Below, in pieces: positions 29,773 through 40,293 of a stretch of DNA of 59,658 nt. The translations under genes and the position numbers were made by a program. The DNA is from Bdellovibrionota bacterium (GTDB lineage Bacteria > Bdellovibrionota_C > UBA2361 > OMII01): the NCBI GenBank assembly GCA_044360225.1, contig JBIKKR010000003.1:1-59658 (forward strand), given 5' to 3'. A model generated the notes under the pieces. It did no database searches. It saw nothing but the letters and a program-made list of their open reading frames with translations, and was not told the origin of the DNA. How positions within the stretch are numbered: position 1 is the stretch's first letter; each line of letters starts with the position of its first letter.

Positions 29773-30174
29773 ATGGCTCGAATTACCGTTGAGGATTGCC
29801 TCACGCAAGAGAATAACAGATTTGCACTTGTGCAGTTGGCGTCGAAGAGAACAAAGCAGCTCTTGCAAGGTTCCACCGTTCAGACGGCTGATCGCAGAAA
29901 TAAGGCTGTAGTGACCGCGCTGCGAGAGATCGCTGATGGTAAGGTTCGATTTATGACCCCTGAGGAAACAGTCGCCTATGAGGAGCAGAAAGCCCGCGAG
30001 GCGGAGGCCGCGCGTGTAGCAGCTGCAGCAGAGCGCGAGCGCAAGCCAGAAGTTGGCGCCGGTCTGTTCGCCAATGGTGACGAGGCCCGTTCGATGGATT
30101 TCCTTCGTGATGCGCTTATGAAGCCGGGCCCGATTGCTGCGGGCGATGACGACGATGATGGCGATGAGGAGTAG
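29773..30174 (+). CDS. rpoZ: RNA polymerase omega subunit with C-terminal extension
   Basis: MARITVEDC...NRFALV.LA.KR..QL and NK.VV.ALREIA.G. Confidence 0.95.
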   Translation: MARITVEDCLTQENNRFALVQLASKRTKQLLQGSTVQTADRRNKAVVTALREIADGKVRFMTPEETVAYEEQKAREAEAARVAAAAERERKPEVGAGLFANGDEARSMDFLRDALMKPGPIAAGDDDDDGDEE

Positions 30175-30222
30175 GTCTTGTAGGTGGTAGAGGCTATCTG
30201 ATTAGAAACGGATAGGGGCACT

Positions 30223-32409
30223 ATGTCCTTCGAGCAGATAGCTGGGGCCCTAAAAAAATATCATCCGAGCCCAGACCTTCAGACGCTGCAGAAAGCCTAT
30301 GAATTCGCGCAGAAGTGCCACCAGGGGCAGGTGCGTGCATCGGGAGAGGCTTACTTTACTCACGTTGAGGAGACATCACTCCTCGTTTGCAAATTGAAGC
30401 TTGATGAGCCCTCGGTGATCGCGTCGCTCTTGCACGACACGATAGAGGATTGTGATATAACCCGGGATGATATCCAGCGTGAATTTGGTCCTGGCATTGC
30501 GGACATAGTCGAGGGAGTTACCAAGCTTACTCGAATTGAGTTTGAGTCGCGCGAGGAGAAGCAGGCGGAGAACTTCCGTAAGATGCTCCTGGCGATGGCT
30601 AAGGATATTCGCGTGATCCTTGTTAAGCTGTGCGACCGCTTACACAATATGCGGACGCTCAAATTCTTCAGCGAGGCGAAGCAGCGTCGTATTGCCGAGG
30701 AAACGCAAGAGATCTACGCGCCCCTGGCGAATCGTCTTGGAATCCACTGGTTGAAATCAGAGCTCGAGGACCTCTGCCTGCTCTATCTACGCCCGGAGCT
30801 CTACCACCAGATCGATGAATATCTGAAGAAGACGGCGCCGGGACGGGACTCGTATGTAGAGCGCACTGCGTTGGAGATTCAGAAGGTTCTTGGGGATGCA
30901 GGGGTTTCCGCGGCAGTTAAGGGGCGTGGCAAGCATCTGTACTCGATCTGGCAAAAGATGCAGAAGGATAACGTCTCTTTCGAGCAGATGTACGACTTGC
31001 TTGGGTTCCGGGTCATCGTTCCAACGGTACGGGCCTGCTACGAAACGCTTGGTATTGTGCACTCTACCTGGAAGCCGATTCCGGGGCGCTTTAAAGATTA
31101 CATAGCGATGCCTAAGCCGAACATGTACCAGTCGCTGCACACAACGCTGATCGGGCCGGAAGGGCAGCGAATCGAGATTCAGATTCGAACGCCGGATATG
31201 AACCGGGTTGCCGAAGAGGGAATCGCTGCTCACTGGCGCTACAAGGAGGGTGGGGCTGCTCCGGCGTTTGATCTTCAGTGGGTTAAGGAACTCGTTGAAA
31301 CGCAGCAGTACCTCAAGAATCCAGATGAGTTCATTCAGTCAGTTAAAGGAGAGCTCTACCCAGAGGAGGTCTTTGTATTTACGCCCAAGGGAGACCTGGT
31401 GCGGCTTGTATTTGGAGCAACGCCAGTAGATTTCGCCTACGCCGTGCACACCGACGTTGGCCATCGTACGATCGGTGCGAAGGTGAATGGGCAGATGGTG
31501 GCGCTCGATCACATCCTCGCCAACGGTGACACGATCGAGATTGTTACCTCAAAATCTCACGTCCCCAGCAAGGATTGGCTTCGATTCGTACGCACGTCAA
31601 AGGCGCGGCAGCGTATTCGAGCATTCCTCAAGACTGAGGAGCACGCACGCTCTCTAGCACTCGGCATGGATCTTCTGACCAAGGACATGCGAAAAGTGAA
31701 GCTTAGCCTTAAAAAGGTGGAAAAGGATGGGCGGCTCTCTGATGTGGCAAGCGATCTCGGGTTTAAAACTGTCGGCGAGATGTTTGCAGCTCTCGGGTAC
31801 GGCAAGGTCAATTCTTCGAAGATTATCGCGCAGCTTCTCCCGGAACAGGGTGATGCCGACAGGAAGCTTGAGGAACAGCCAACGCCGCTCCAACGGATAT
31901 TTCATCGGGCAGCTCAAGTTAGTCGTGAGCGTATCGGTGTTAAGGTGTCTGGGCTCGAGAATGTGGTTATTCGCTTTGCAAAGTGCTGTCAGCCGCTTCC
32001 GGGAGACCGCATCATAGGGTTTATCACTCGGGGTCGGGGAGTAACTGTTCACTACGCCGATTGTCCTCAAGTGCTCGATAGTGACCCGCTTCGACGAGTA
32101 GACGTCGAGTGGGATTCTGGAACAAGAGCACTCCAGAGGGTCAGGATTACCGTTCATGCGCAGGATCAGATGGGACTCTTGGCGAACGTGTCTCAGGCAG
32201 TGGCGGGTCAGGGCACTAATATTACGAGTGCTCAGATCAAAACAGAGCATGGCCGTGCTAGTATTAATTTTGAGATGCAGGTATTGAGCGCTGAGCAACT
32301 CCACAAGGTCACGCGAGCCATCGAGATGGTGCCGGGAGTGATTAAGGTAGAGCGAGTGAAACACCTCTCAGGTGGCTTTATCGATGATGGATTAGACACT
32401 GAGGACTAG
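30223..32409 (+). CDS. spoT: Bifunctional (p)ppGpp synthetase/hydrolase (RelA/SpoT family)
   Basis: HD motif LHDTIED, DRLHNMRT, YQSLHT, EIQIRT, TGS (VFTPKG), CC.PLPGD and ACT domain. Confidence 0.97.
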   Translation: MSFEQIAGALKKYHPSPDLQTLQKAYEFAQKCHQGQVRASGEAYFTHVEETSLLVCKLKLDEPSVIASLLHDTIEDCDITRDDIQREFGPGIADIVEGVTKLTRIEFESREEKQAENFRKMLLAMAKDIRVILVKLCDRLHNMRTLKFFSEAKQRRIAEETQEIYAPLANRLGIHWLKSELEDLCLLYLRPELYHQIDEYLKKTAPGRDSYVERTALEIQKVLGDAGVSAAVKGRGKHLYSIWQKMQKDNVSFEQMYDLLGFRVIVPTVRACYETLGIVHSTWKPIPGRFKDYIAMPKPNMYQSLHTTLIGPEGQRIEIQIRTPDMNRVAEEGIAAHWRYKEGGAAPAFDLQWVKELVETQQYLKNPDEFIQSVKGELYPEEVFVFTPKGDLVRLVFGATPVDFAYAVHTDVGHRTIGAKVNGQMVALDHILANGDTIEIVTSKSHVPSKDWLRFVRTSKARQRIRAFLKTEEHARSLALGMDLLTKDMRKVKLSLKKVEKDGRLSDVASDLGFKTVGEMFAALGYGKVNSSKIIAQLLPEQGDADRKLEEQPTPLQRIFHRAAQVSRERIGVKVSGLENVVIRFAKCCQPLPGDRIIGFITRGRGVTVHYADCPQVLDSDPLRRVDVEWDSGTRALQRVRITVHAQDQMGLLANVSQAVAGQGTNITSAQIKTEHGRASINFEMQVLSAEQLHKVTRAIEMVPGVIKVERVKHLSGGFIDDGLDTED

Positions 32410-32412
32410 CAG

Positions 32413-33564
32413 GTGATGAGACGAGAGCAGGAGCGAATTCAGAAGTTCCCACGAGCCTTCGTCCAGGTGTTGCTGACAGCTGTTGTAGGTTTGCTCTTTG
32501 TGCTCGCAGGAGTGAAGGAGTCGAGAGCTATTCCGATTGGCAGTACTCCGAGTGGTGCAGCGACGCGCACCGCAGAGGAGCAAAAGACGATCGATGTCTA
32601 CAAGCGAGCCAATCAGGCCGTGGTTTTTATCACCACCCGCTCATACGTAGTCGATCCGTTCACTTTTTTCGACGAAGTGAGGCCGCAGGAGGGAACTGGT
32701 ACAGGAACAATCGTTGATGCCGAGCGAGGTATCGTTATCACGAATCTTCACGTTATAGAGAGCGCGCTTGAATCCGGCGGGAGCGTTGAGGTAATGCTCG
32801 CAAACGGCCAGAACTCCAAGGCGCGTCTTGTCGGCTTTGATCCGGAGAGCGATATCGCGGCTCTACAGGTGTTGAACATCCCCAAGGGGTTTGTTGCGTT
32901 GCCATATGGTGATTCCTCTATCTTAGAGGTCGGTCAACGTGTGTTGGCGATCGGTAACCCATTTGGTTTATATCGCAGCCTTACCGCAGGTATTATTTCG
33001 TCGCTCGATCGCACCATGAAGACTCCGCGAGGTGCGATGCTCAAGGAACTTATTCAGACCGATGCAGCGATAAATCCTGGTAACTCGGGAGGCCCGCTCC
33101 TCGATGCTGATGGCCGTCTGATAGGCATTAACACAGCTATTCTTAGCCAGTCGGGAGATTCAGCGGGAGTTGGTTTTGCGGTACCGATCAACAGCATCAA
33201 ACGGATCATTCCAGAGCTGCTCGCAACCGGTAAGGTTCGACGCCCACGGTTGGGTTGGCAGCTGGTTGACACCGATCAGGGTCCGATGGTGCTTCGAGTT
33301 CTTTCGGATGGGCCCGCCGAACGCAGTGGAATTAAACCGATTGAACGGGTGTTCTCCAGTGGGGCGTTTGTCAGGGGGTATCGCCGAGATATTGAGAGCG
33401 CAGATCTCATTTATAAGGTCGACGGTGAGCGGGTACGAAATCGCGATGAAGTGGAGGATGTAATCCGCAAGGTGAAGAAAGGTGACGCGGTTGAGTTGAC
33501 GTTACGCACTGGCGGTGTGTACGGCCGTGAGCGTCGTGTATCTGTAGTGCCTGGGTGGGAATAG
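32413..33564 (+). CDS. HtrA/DegP-family serine protease with PDZ domain
   Basis: Catalytic triad in TNLHV, SDIA and IQTDAAINPGNSGG; N-terminal signal or TM segment. Confidence 0.93.
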   Translation: MMRREQERIQKFPRAFVQVLLTAVVGLLFVLAGVKESRAIPIGSTPSGAATRTAEEQKTIDVYKRANQAVVFITTRSYVVDPFTFFDEVRPQEGTGTGTIVDAERGIVITNLHVIESALESGGSVEVMLANGQNSKARLVGFDPESDIAALQVLNIPKGFVALPYGDSSILEVGQRVLAIGNPFGLYRSLTAGIISSLDRTMKTPRGAMLKELIQTDAAINPGNSGGPLLDADGRLIGINTAILSQSGDSAGVGFAVPINSIKRIIPELLATGKVRRPRLGWQLVDTDQGPMVLRVLSDGPAERSGIKPIERVFSSGAFVRGYRRDIESADLIYKVDGERVRNRDEVEDVIRKVKKGDAVELTLRTGGVYGRERRVSVVPGWE

Positions 33565-33577
33565 AGATTTTGAGCGT

Positions 33578-35452
33578 GTGGCGATGAAGATAAAGGTCCT
33601 CCCCGATACGGTCATCAATCAGATAGCGGCCGGTGAAGTTGTCGAGCGTCCAGCGAGTGTGTTGCGGGAGTTAGTCGATAATGCAGTTGACGCTGGTGCT
33701 ACGGATATCTTTGTAGCCCTTGAAGGGGGCGGGCACAGTCGGTTGAAGGTCCGAGATAATGGGTGTGGCATGTCAAAGGACGAGGCGATTCTCGCCTTTG
33801 AGCGTCACGCCACGTCAAAGGTGTCGTGCATAGATGATCTAGCGAGTCTTGAAACGTTGGGTTTTCGTGGCGAGGCGTTAGCTTCGATTGCGGCGGTGTC
33901 AAAGGTGCACTTGCGAACTCGTAGTAAGGATGTCGATGTGGGAACGCACATCGTATTTCGCGGTGGAAAGCTATCGGATGTCCAGAGCATTCCCTGGAAT
34001 ATCGGTACAGAAATTGAAGTGGAGCACCTCTTCTTTAATACTCCAGCGCGCCGGAAGTTCCTAAAATCGCCACGTTCCGAGGTGGCCCGCATTAGAACCT
34101 GGCTCGCTCACTCAGGTCTAGCTCGTCCGACGGTACGTTATCGTCTCGTATCGGACGGCGATGAGGTTTTGCGTTTGCAGCCTGTGGCTACGATAGCTGA
34201 GCGTGCCCGATCGGTATTTCCAGCGGATCTCATACCGGTGCTGCTCTCAGAGGGTGGGATCTCAGTGGAGGGCATGGTAAGCCATCCGGGGCAGGCGCTC
34301 TCGGATCAATCCGGTTTTGTAATCCTGATTAATGGTCGTTTGGTAACAGATAAGATCATCCAGCGTGCGGTGCGCGAGGGATATGATTCTATGCTGAAAG
34401 ATAGAGAGCATCCGATCGGGTACGTCTCACTCACGCTGCCGAGCGACCAGGTAGATGTAAACGTGCACCCGCAAAAGAGCGAAGTGCGCTTTCGGCATCC
34501 GCAGCAGATATTTGCAGTTGTGCAGGGAGCGGTCACGACAGCGGTACGAACGATTCGTCGCCCGATGCAGATAGGGACTCACGGTGATGTTGGTCGGCTG
34601 AGTGATATCGCACCGAGGCAGGCAGGGCAGGAATCGCGATTTGAACGGGTCGCAGCCCCTGCTGCTGAGCAGTTGTACCACGCGCAGAACCTCTTTGATC
34701 GGCGGCATTCAGCTACCGAGGCGATCGCAGCGGGGAATACTGCAGTAGCAGCAGAGGTAGATTCAAGCACGTTTGAGCAGACGGTGCGTGAGTTTCCCAA
34801 TACGTACATGGCGTCCGCAAAGAATTCCGCAGCGCCTGATTACGGCGTTGCTTCAGCTGCAAACTTTAGATTCTCAAGCCTGCGCTATATAGGTCAGCTG
34901 CTTGAATGTTACCTCGTCTGTGAGCTCGGTGACCGTCTTGTTGTGGTAGATATGCATGCAGCCCACGAGCGAGTGAACTACAACAAGATTCGCCAAGCGC
35001 GCGCTGAGCAGAAAGTCGTCTCACAGAGGTTGTTGATACCCGAAACTGTGCGACTGACCGAAGAGGCAGTTGTTACCCTTATGGAGCAAGAGCATGTGCT
35101 CCGTGAACTTGGGTTTGAGCTCTCGCAGATATCACCTGAAACAGTTGCGGTGCGTGGGGTGCCCGGGGTAGTAGCCCACCTCGATTGTGTCGGCTTGCTC
35201 AAGGAGTGTGCAGCTGAACCTCTTGCAGCTGGATGGCGTGAGCGGTTAGAGGAGCGGGTTGATCACATCGCAGCAAGGATGGCGTGCCATGCGAGTGTGC
35301 GTTCGGGCGATCTGCTCACAAAACAGGAGGCGTACGCGTTGTTTTCGCAGCTTGATGAAGCTGAGCTTTCAGGAGCATGCCCGCATGGGCGCCCGGTAGT
35401 AACGCAGTTTAGTCGCGAGATGGTCGAGCGTTGGTTTGGACGGGATCGCTGA
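33578..35452 (+). CDS. mutL: DNA mismatch repair protein MutL
   Basis: NQIAAGEVVERP, HATSK, GFRGEAL, and endonuclease motifs DMHAAHER..Y, ACH and CPHGRP. Confidence 0.98.
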   Translation: MAMKIKVLPDTVINQIAAGEVVERPASVLRELVDNAVDAGATDIFVALEGGGHSRLKVRDNGCGMSKDEAILAFERHATSKVSCIDDLASLETLGFRGEALASIAAVSKVHLRTRSKDVDVGTHIVFRGGKLSDVQSIPWNIGTEIEVEHLFFNTPARRKFLKSPRSEVARIRTWLAHSGLARPTVRYRLVSDGDEVLRLQPVATIAERARSVFPADLIPVLLSEGGISVEGMVSHPGQALSDQSGFVILINGRLVTDKIIQRAVREGYDSMLKDREHPIGYVSLTLPSDQVDVNVHPQKSEVRFRHPQQIFAVVQGAVTTAVRTIRRPMQIGTHGDVGRLSDIAPRQAGQESRFERVAAPAAEQLYHAQNLFDRRHSATEAIAAGNTAVAAEVDSSTFEQTVREFPNTYMASAKNSAAPDYGVASAANFRFSSLRYIGQLLECYLVCELGDRLVVVDMHAAHERVNYNKIRQARAEQKVVSQRLLIPETVRLTEEAVVTLMEQEHVLRELGFELSQISPETVAVRGVPGVVAHLDCVGLLKECAAEPLAAGWRERLEERVDHIAARMACHASVRSGDLLTKQEAYALFSQLDEAELSGACPHGRPVVTQFSREMVERWFGRDR

Positions 35453-36495
35453 TGGTAGTAGCACCGCGTCGCGCACTGGCGGTTTGTGGCCCAACGGCGT
35501 CAGGAAAGAGTCAGTTTTCAATCCACATAGCGCACGCTCTGGGTGGCGAAGTCGTTAACATCGACTCGGTGCAGGTATACAGAGAGCTTGACATCGGCTC
35601 TGCCAAGCTGGCAATCGCGGAGCGAGAAGGAGTTCCGCATCACGTGCTCGATATATTCGCGCCTGATGAGGTAGCAAATGTTGCCAAGTTCCGAAGCGCA
35701 GCGCTGCAAGCGATAGATACCATCAACGCGCGTGGTAATCTGCCGATCCTCGTTGGAGGATCGGGGCTGTACGTAACGGCGCTGCTTCATGGGTTAGCAG
35801 ATGTTCCGGCGACACCACCTGAGCTTCGCGCGGCAGTTGCGACTCTCTCAGCAGAGGAGCAGTACGCCGAGCTACAGAGGATTGATCCGCGCAGTGCTAG
35901 TCGGCTGAATCCGAACGACCGGCAGCGTGTTTCGCGAGCGATAGAGATCTACCGAGTGACAGGCAGGCCGGCGAGTGAACTCTTTGCCGATCATACCTTT
36001 GCCACAGTTGATGTCGCTGCGCTTGTGTTAGTTATCTGCCGACCTCGAGCTGACTTGTATCGCAGAATCGACCTGCGAGCGCAGCAGATGGTTAATGCTG
36101 GATTGTTGGCAGAGACAGCGGAGGTGCTCTCGCGATATGGGCGCGTAGCACCACTAGAAACCCTCGGATACAAGCAAGCTTGTGATTGTCTGGAAGGCAT
36201 GCTGACGAAGGAATCTATGGTGAGCGAGATAGCGCTCCATACCAGACGCTTTGCCAAGCGTCAGATGACCTACTGGCGCAACGAGCCCTCAAAGCGTGGC
36301 TGGTTGGTGCGGCCTCGTGAGGATGAGTGTGCAGAAGAGGTGTCAGGCTTTGAGAGCGCGCCGGTGCGTGCGCAGAAGCGCATGAAGGGATTTCGTGTGC
36401 TACCGTGGGATAGAGGGCAGTTGATTGAACAGGTACGAGCTAGATTAGCGCAGCCGCTGGAGCAGAGCGAGGTTTGGTTTGTGGGAAGTAGGTAG
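35452..36495 (+). CDS. miaA: tRNA dimethylallyltransferase
   Basis: GPTASGKS, DS.QVY..LDIGSAK, VGGSGLY and TRRFAKRQMT; ATG overlaps the mutL stop. Confidence 0.96.
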   Translation: MVVAPRRALAVCGPTASGKSQFSIHIAHALGGEVVNIDSVQVYRELDIGSAKLAIAEREGVPHHVLDIFAPDEVANVAKFRSAALQAIDTINARGNLPILVGGSGLYVTALLHGLADVPATPPELRAAVATLSAEEQYAELQRIDPRSASRLNPNDRQRVSRAIEIYRVTGRPASELFADHTFATVDVAALVLVICRPRADLYRRIDLRAQQMVNAGLLAETAEVLSRYGRVAPLETLGYKQACDCLEGMLTKESMVSEIALHTRRFAKRQMTYWRNEPSKRGWLVRPREDECAEEVSGFESAPVRAQKRMKGFRVLPWDRGQLIEQVRARLAQPLEQSEVWFVGSR

Positions 36496-36562
36496 TGCGC
36501 AGGCGCCTCCGGGTTAGGTTTATGCACGCGGCAAAACCACTCTTTAGTCTGGATTCTACACC

Positions 36563-37486
36563 TTAGACATCGATTCCTAACAACCTGACCAGATCCTGGT
36601 CCGGTTCATGAATACTGCAACTTCCGATTGAAAACGGAGCACGTTGCACCGCAGCGTCGAGCTCCTGAGCAGAGATCCTCACTGCATCGTACGCAAGTCC
36701 TTCTGCAAAGGAGAAACGAGTTATCGAGTTATTCATAAGAAGCTCCGCGAGCGCGGACTCTGAGATAGCAGATCCTAAAGCTCGGCGCAGGTATACAGCA
36801 CAGGAGAGGTTGAGAAAGCCCATCGGATAAGTGTGTACAGCCGGCTCTGTGATCGGATGGTGAAAGCCCCCGGTTACTTTGAATCCCAGTCGTGCGTCCG
36901 CAGCTACGGCTAGGGCCACTGCAAGCTTCTCTGCGTCGATGCCAGTGGGGCCTGTGCAACGACACTTGAGCGCCAGTTGTCTCGCCAGGGGTGATTCTGA
37001 TATCGCTTGGACGGTCTCCTGCAATACTTCGCGCCAATCGGATGTTGATAGGTCTGGTTCGAGCGCAATACTCGCTCCGGTTCTCTCTGTGTAGCTCCCC
37101 AGCTCTTTGACTATCACCTGCAGTGTCGCAGGCGAGACCTTGGCTTCGAAGCTAGTCACACGGAACAGCAGCGTGCCCCGAGCTTGGTCGAGAGCCTTAG
37201 CAGCTTCGATTGTGCTCGACACTCCATCGGTAACGAGTACTGACACGGTGAGCGGTGAAGTGAAGGGAAGAGCGATAAGATTGTGCGTAGCTAATTTCTT
37301 TGCGCCTCCCGCATCGAGAACCAGGGTTGTACCGATCATCCACGGAAGCGTGAGTGTGGTTGCATGTCCCGCAGCCTCCGCTAGCATGTCATCAAACGAA
37401 AGCGCGGCGGGAGGGAACATCCCGGCATAATCAAAGCGTTTATGTAGCAGTTTGTGGAGGCAATTTGAGGAGTCGTATTGAATCAT
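36563..37486 (-). CDS. Conserved hypothetical protein (DYAG.FPPA / FK.T.G.HHP family)
   Basis: Motifs DYAGMFPPA, ALKCRCTG, FKVTGGFHHP, GFLNL and SIGSCS.HEP; TTGAAG-N18-TATGAT upstream. Confidence 0.75.
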   Translation of the reverse strand: MIQYDSSNCLHKLLHKRFDYAGMFPPAALSFDDMLAEAAGHATTLTLPWMIGTTLVLDAGGAKKLATHNLIALPFTSPLTVSVLVTDGVSSTIEAAKALDQARGTLLFRVTSFEAKVSPATLQVIVKELGSYTERTGASIALEPDLSTSDWREVLQETVQAISESPLARQLALKCRCTGPTGIDAEKLAVALAVAADARLGFKVTGGFHHPITEPAVHTYPMGFLNLSCAVYLRRALGSAISESALAELLMNNSITRFSFAEGLAYDAVRISAQELDAAVQRAPFSIGSCSIHEPDQDLVRLLGIDV

Positions 37487-37629
37487 GTACCGTTGAGTAC
37501 CTCCTGATCAGAAGCATAATACACACGAGATCATACCGTGGGAGAGACGGACGCTTCAATATAAATCGACCTGCCTAGGGTGTCGCATATTATTACCCCT
37601 GTCTTGTTAACTGGGCGCTGCGAATGCTG

Positions 37630-38268
37630 CTAACGCGGGCACAACCACCGCAGAGAGGCGCTCAAACGATACTGGTCGTCATCTTTGTCTCGCGCGTGGC
37701 CACATATAATCGATGTGGTAACGATAAATTGATTGCCGAGGTGGTATGCAGTGGATGAGTACGATGGGCTGCACAATCCGGGGCACCGTTGGTATAGGTC
37801 CTCACCGTCGGGGCCGTCGCCTTGGGTTAGATCCTTGTACCATTGTTTGGCGTCTTGCTCGGATGTAAAGGCACGATTTGCGTACATGATCGGATGTGTC
37901 GTGGTCGAGCGCAGGAGATGCTCGCAGGCTTCCCGCTCGTCATAATTATCAAGCGCGATTTGTGGAGCGGAGGTAAAAACAACCGCGACCACAGGGGTTT
38001 GGCAGCTTTGTTTGCACGGACTGGGCTGTGAGGCCACCTGTGCTGCTTGTGCTCTGGCTTGGGCTAGTAGAGCGTCCATTCTCGAATTGATGGAGTGCTC
38101 AGCGTTCCTCAGGTTGGCAAAAAATCCAGCTGATGCCAGGGTTGTTCGTACGGGTAACTCACTTGCGGGAAGTGCGCAGGGGATGGCAGGCGGCGTGGCA
38201 GAGACCGAGTCACCACTCCAAAGCAGCAAGATGGCAACGAGAATTGGATACAGAATAGTAGAGCGCAT
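37630..38268 (-). CDS. Secreted cysteine-rich hypothetical protein
   Basis: Signal peptide from ATG 38268 (MRSTILYPILVAILLLW); 8 Cys in the mature part. Confidence 0.7.
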   Translation of the reverse strand: MRSTILYPILVAILLLWSGDSVSATPPAIPCALPASELPVRTTLASAGFFANLRNAEHSINSRMDALLAQARAQAAQVASQPSPCKQSCQTPVVAVVFTSAPQIALDNYDEREACEHLLRSTTTHPIMYANRAFTSEQDAKQWYKDLTQGDGPDGEDLYQRCPGLCSPSYSSTAYHLGNQFIVTTSIICGHARDKDDDQYRLSASLRWLCPR

Positions 38269-38545
38269 AGTGGTAGGGGTGGCAGACGCAGACGTTTTTA
38301 CTCGGCAACAAAAAATAACCCTGTCGTAAGTATTGGCGAAAGCCCTAGAAGTAAACGCGCCGCAATCGCTAAGCAATGGCTCCTTCAAAGGTACTTTTTA
38401 TATTTTGTTTCAGATGGTTATCTCGGCTAGTCGGGGCTAGAGAGGGTTTGACCTTTATAAGCTAATTGTGGAATGATTCCCCGGCTGGGATAGGGAAGAG
38501 GCGCTTGATAGAGCCCGACAGAGAACTTTACGAGGTCAGTGTTGC

Positions 38546-39532
38546 ATGAGTCCGATTGAACATCCGCTCGATTTTGAAAAACCTTTGGTAGAGCTTGAGT
38601 ATCAACTTGAGCGCTTACGCGACGAATTAGCGGGCGGAGACACCTCTCGACGCGATGAGTATGCAGCGCTTGAAGCAAAGGTCTCTAAAGTTCGTAAGGA
38701 GATATACGGCAAACTATCCCCGTACCAGAGGGTTCAGTTGTCGAGGCATTTTGATCGTCCGTTCACCCTCGATTACATCAAGTTTATCTTCAATGACTTC
38801 ATGGAGCTGCATGGAGATCGGTTGTTCCGGGATGATCCAGCGATCGTCGGCGGAACGGCGCGTCTCGGAGAGGTGCCAGTGATGATCGTGGGCCATCAAC
38901 GTGGTCGGACGACGACTGAGCGTCTAAAGCGTAACTTCGGAATGCCGAACCCTGAGGGATACCGCAAGGCGCTGCGATTGTTTTGCATGGCGGAGAAGTT
39001 TGGATTGCCGCTCATTACGTTTATCGACACGCAAGGGGCGTTCCCGGGTCTTGAGGCTGAGGAACGCGGGCAGGCAGAGGCGATAGCGCGCAATCTGGCG
39101 GTACTTTCAGAGATGACGATTCCGGTGATCAGCGTAGTGATCGGTGAAGGCGGAAGTGGTGGAGCTCTGGCGTTGGGGGTGTGCGATCGTATCCTTATGC
39201 TTGAAAACGCTTGCTATTCAGTCATCACCCCAGAGGGATGCGCATCGATTCTGTGGCACTCGGCAGACAAGGCGGAGGTTTCGACCGAGCAAGCTGAAAC
39301 TGCTGCCGAGGCTCTCAACCTGACCGCGCAAGACCTCAAGCGCTTAAAGCTTATCGATGATATTGTACCGGAGCCGGTCGGCGGTGCGCACAGCAATCAC
39401 AAGGAAGCTGCCGAGCTCCTCCGAGCGGCTTTGGTGCGTAATCTAGAGCCGCTCTCGAAGATGGATGTTAAGGAACTCGTAGCTAAGAGGTACGAAAAGT
39501 TCAGGAAAATAGGGCCTTTCTCTGAGAATTAG
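38546..39532 (+). CDS. accA: Acetyl-CoA carboxylase carboxyltransferase alpha subunit
   Basis: LDFEKP, ELHGDR, RNFGM..PEGYRKALR, GEGGSGGAL and YSVI.PEGCA.IL. Confidence 0.98.
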   Translation: MSPIEHPLDFEKPLVELEYQLERLRDELAGGDTSRRDEYAALEAKVSKVRKEIYGKLSPYQRVQLSRHFDRPFTLDYIKFIFNDFMELHGDRLFRDDPAIVGGTARLGEVPVMIVGHQRGRTTTERLKRNFGMPNPEGYRKALRLFCMAEKFGLPLITFIDTQGAFPGLEAEERGQAEAIARNLAVLSEMTIPVISVVIGEGGSGGALALGVCDRILMLENACYSVITPEGCASILWHSADKAEVSTEQAETAAEALNLTAQDLKRLKLIDDIVPEPVGGAHSNHKEAAELLRAALVRNLEPLSKMDVKELVAKRYEKFRKIGPFSEN

Positions 39533-39627
39533 AGGGGATCATGGTCGTAGTTGCTTTAGAACGCGGGTGGCGTTAGGCTGCTCGCAGTGGCTCTGGCCCG
39601 GTAACAGTGATGTAAAAACAAGGAAGC

Positions 39628-39888
39628 ATGGCAAAGGACGCAATTGAATTAAACGGTGTAGTAAAGGAGTGCTTTCCAAATGCATTCCGAGTTGAGTGTG
39701 ATAATGGCCACGAAGTCTTGGCCCACCTAGCGGGTAAGATGCGAAAGTTCTACATCCGTGTATTGCCGGGAGATAAGGTAGTAGTTGAGATCTCTCCGTA
39801 CGATCTATCCAAAGGGCGTATCGTTCGCCGTATAGCAGAAGTTCGTGGTCGTGGACCTGCGACAGGTGGCTCTGGAGAGTCAGCGTAA
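39628..39888 (+). CDS. infA: Translation initiation factor IF-1
   Basis: [32 protein letters not shown]. Confidence 0.96.
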   Translation: MAKDAIELNGVVKECFPNAFRVECDNGHEVLAHLAGKMRKFYIRVLPGDKVVVEISPYDLSKGRIVRRIAEVRGRGPATGGSGESA

Positions 39889-39902
39889 TTTGATTTAGAT
39901 TC

Positions 39903-39951
39903 AGCAGTTGCGGCAGTTACGCCATTCTCATCCGTCCCAACTGCTCTTTTT
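39903..39951 (+). terminator. Putative intrinsic terminator after infA
   Basis: agcagttg...caactgct stem followed by cttttt, between convergent genes. Confidence 0.5.
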
Positions 39952-39954
39952 AGG

Positions 39955-40293
39955 TTACAGTCGTCCTAACTCGCGTAGGTATCCGAAGGTGTAGATCCCG
40001 CTGGTGTGTCCATCGGCCCAGCGGATTCCTATCGCGTATTGGCCGACGCCCCATATCTCTTCAAGCGAGAGCTCTTCATTGATAGTATTCTGCACGATTG
40101 TAAGCGATCGCTTCTTGCCCGTAAGGGGTTTGGCGTGCGACTCATCGCCACGCAGCTCTCGACACTCAGCGCACGGACATCTCCTGCGCAGCATTTCACT
40201 CGTCAACTCGTTGATGGTACCATCTTGCCAGGTAACTCGCAGTCCCTTGGACTCCATCCGCTTGATCTCTAGTGGCATATTTTGCTCTGTCAT
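39955..40293 (-). CDS. DUF971 family protein (gamma-butyrobetaine hydroxylase N-terminal-like)
   Basis: W.DG, LRRRCPCA.C and VG.YA..I.W.DGH.SGIY...YLR. Confidence 0.9.
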   Translation of the reverse strand: MTEQNMPLEIKRMESKGLRVTWQDGTINELTSEMLRRRCPCAECRELRGDESHAKPLTGKKRSLTIVQNTINEELSLEEIWGVGQYAIGIRWADGHTSGIYTFGYLRELGRL

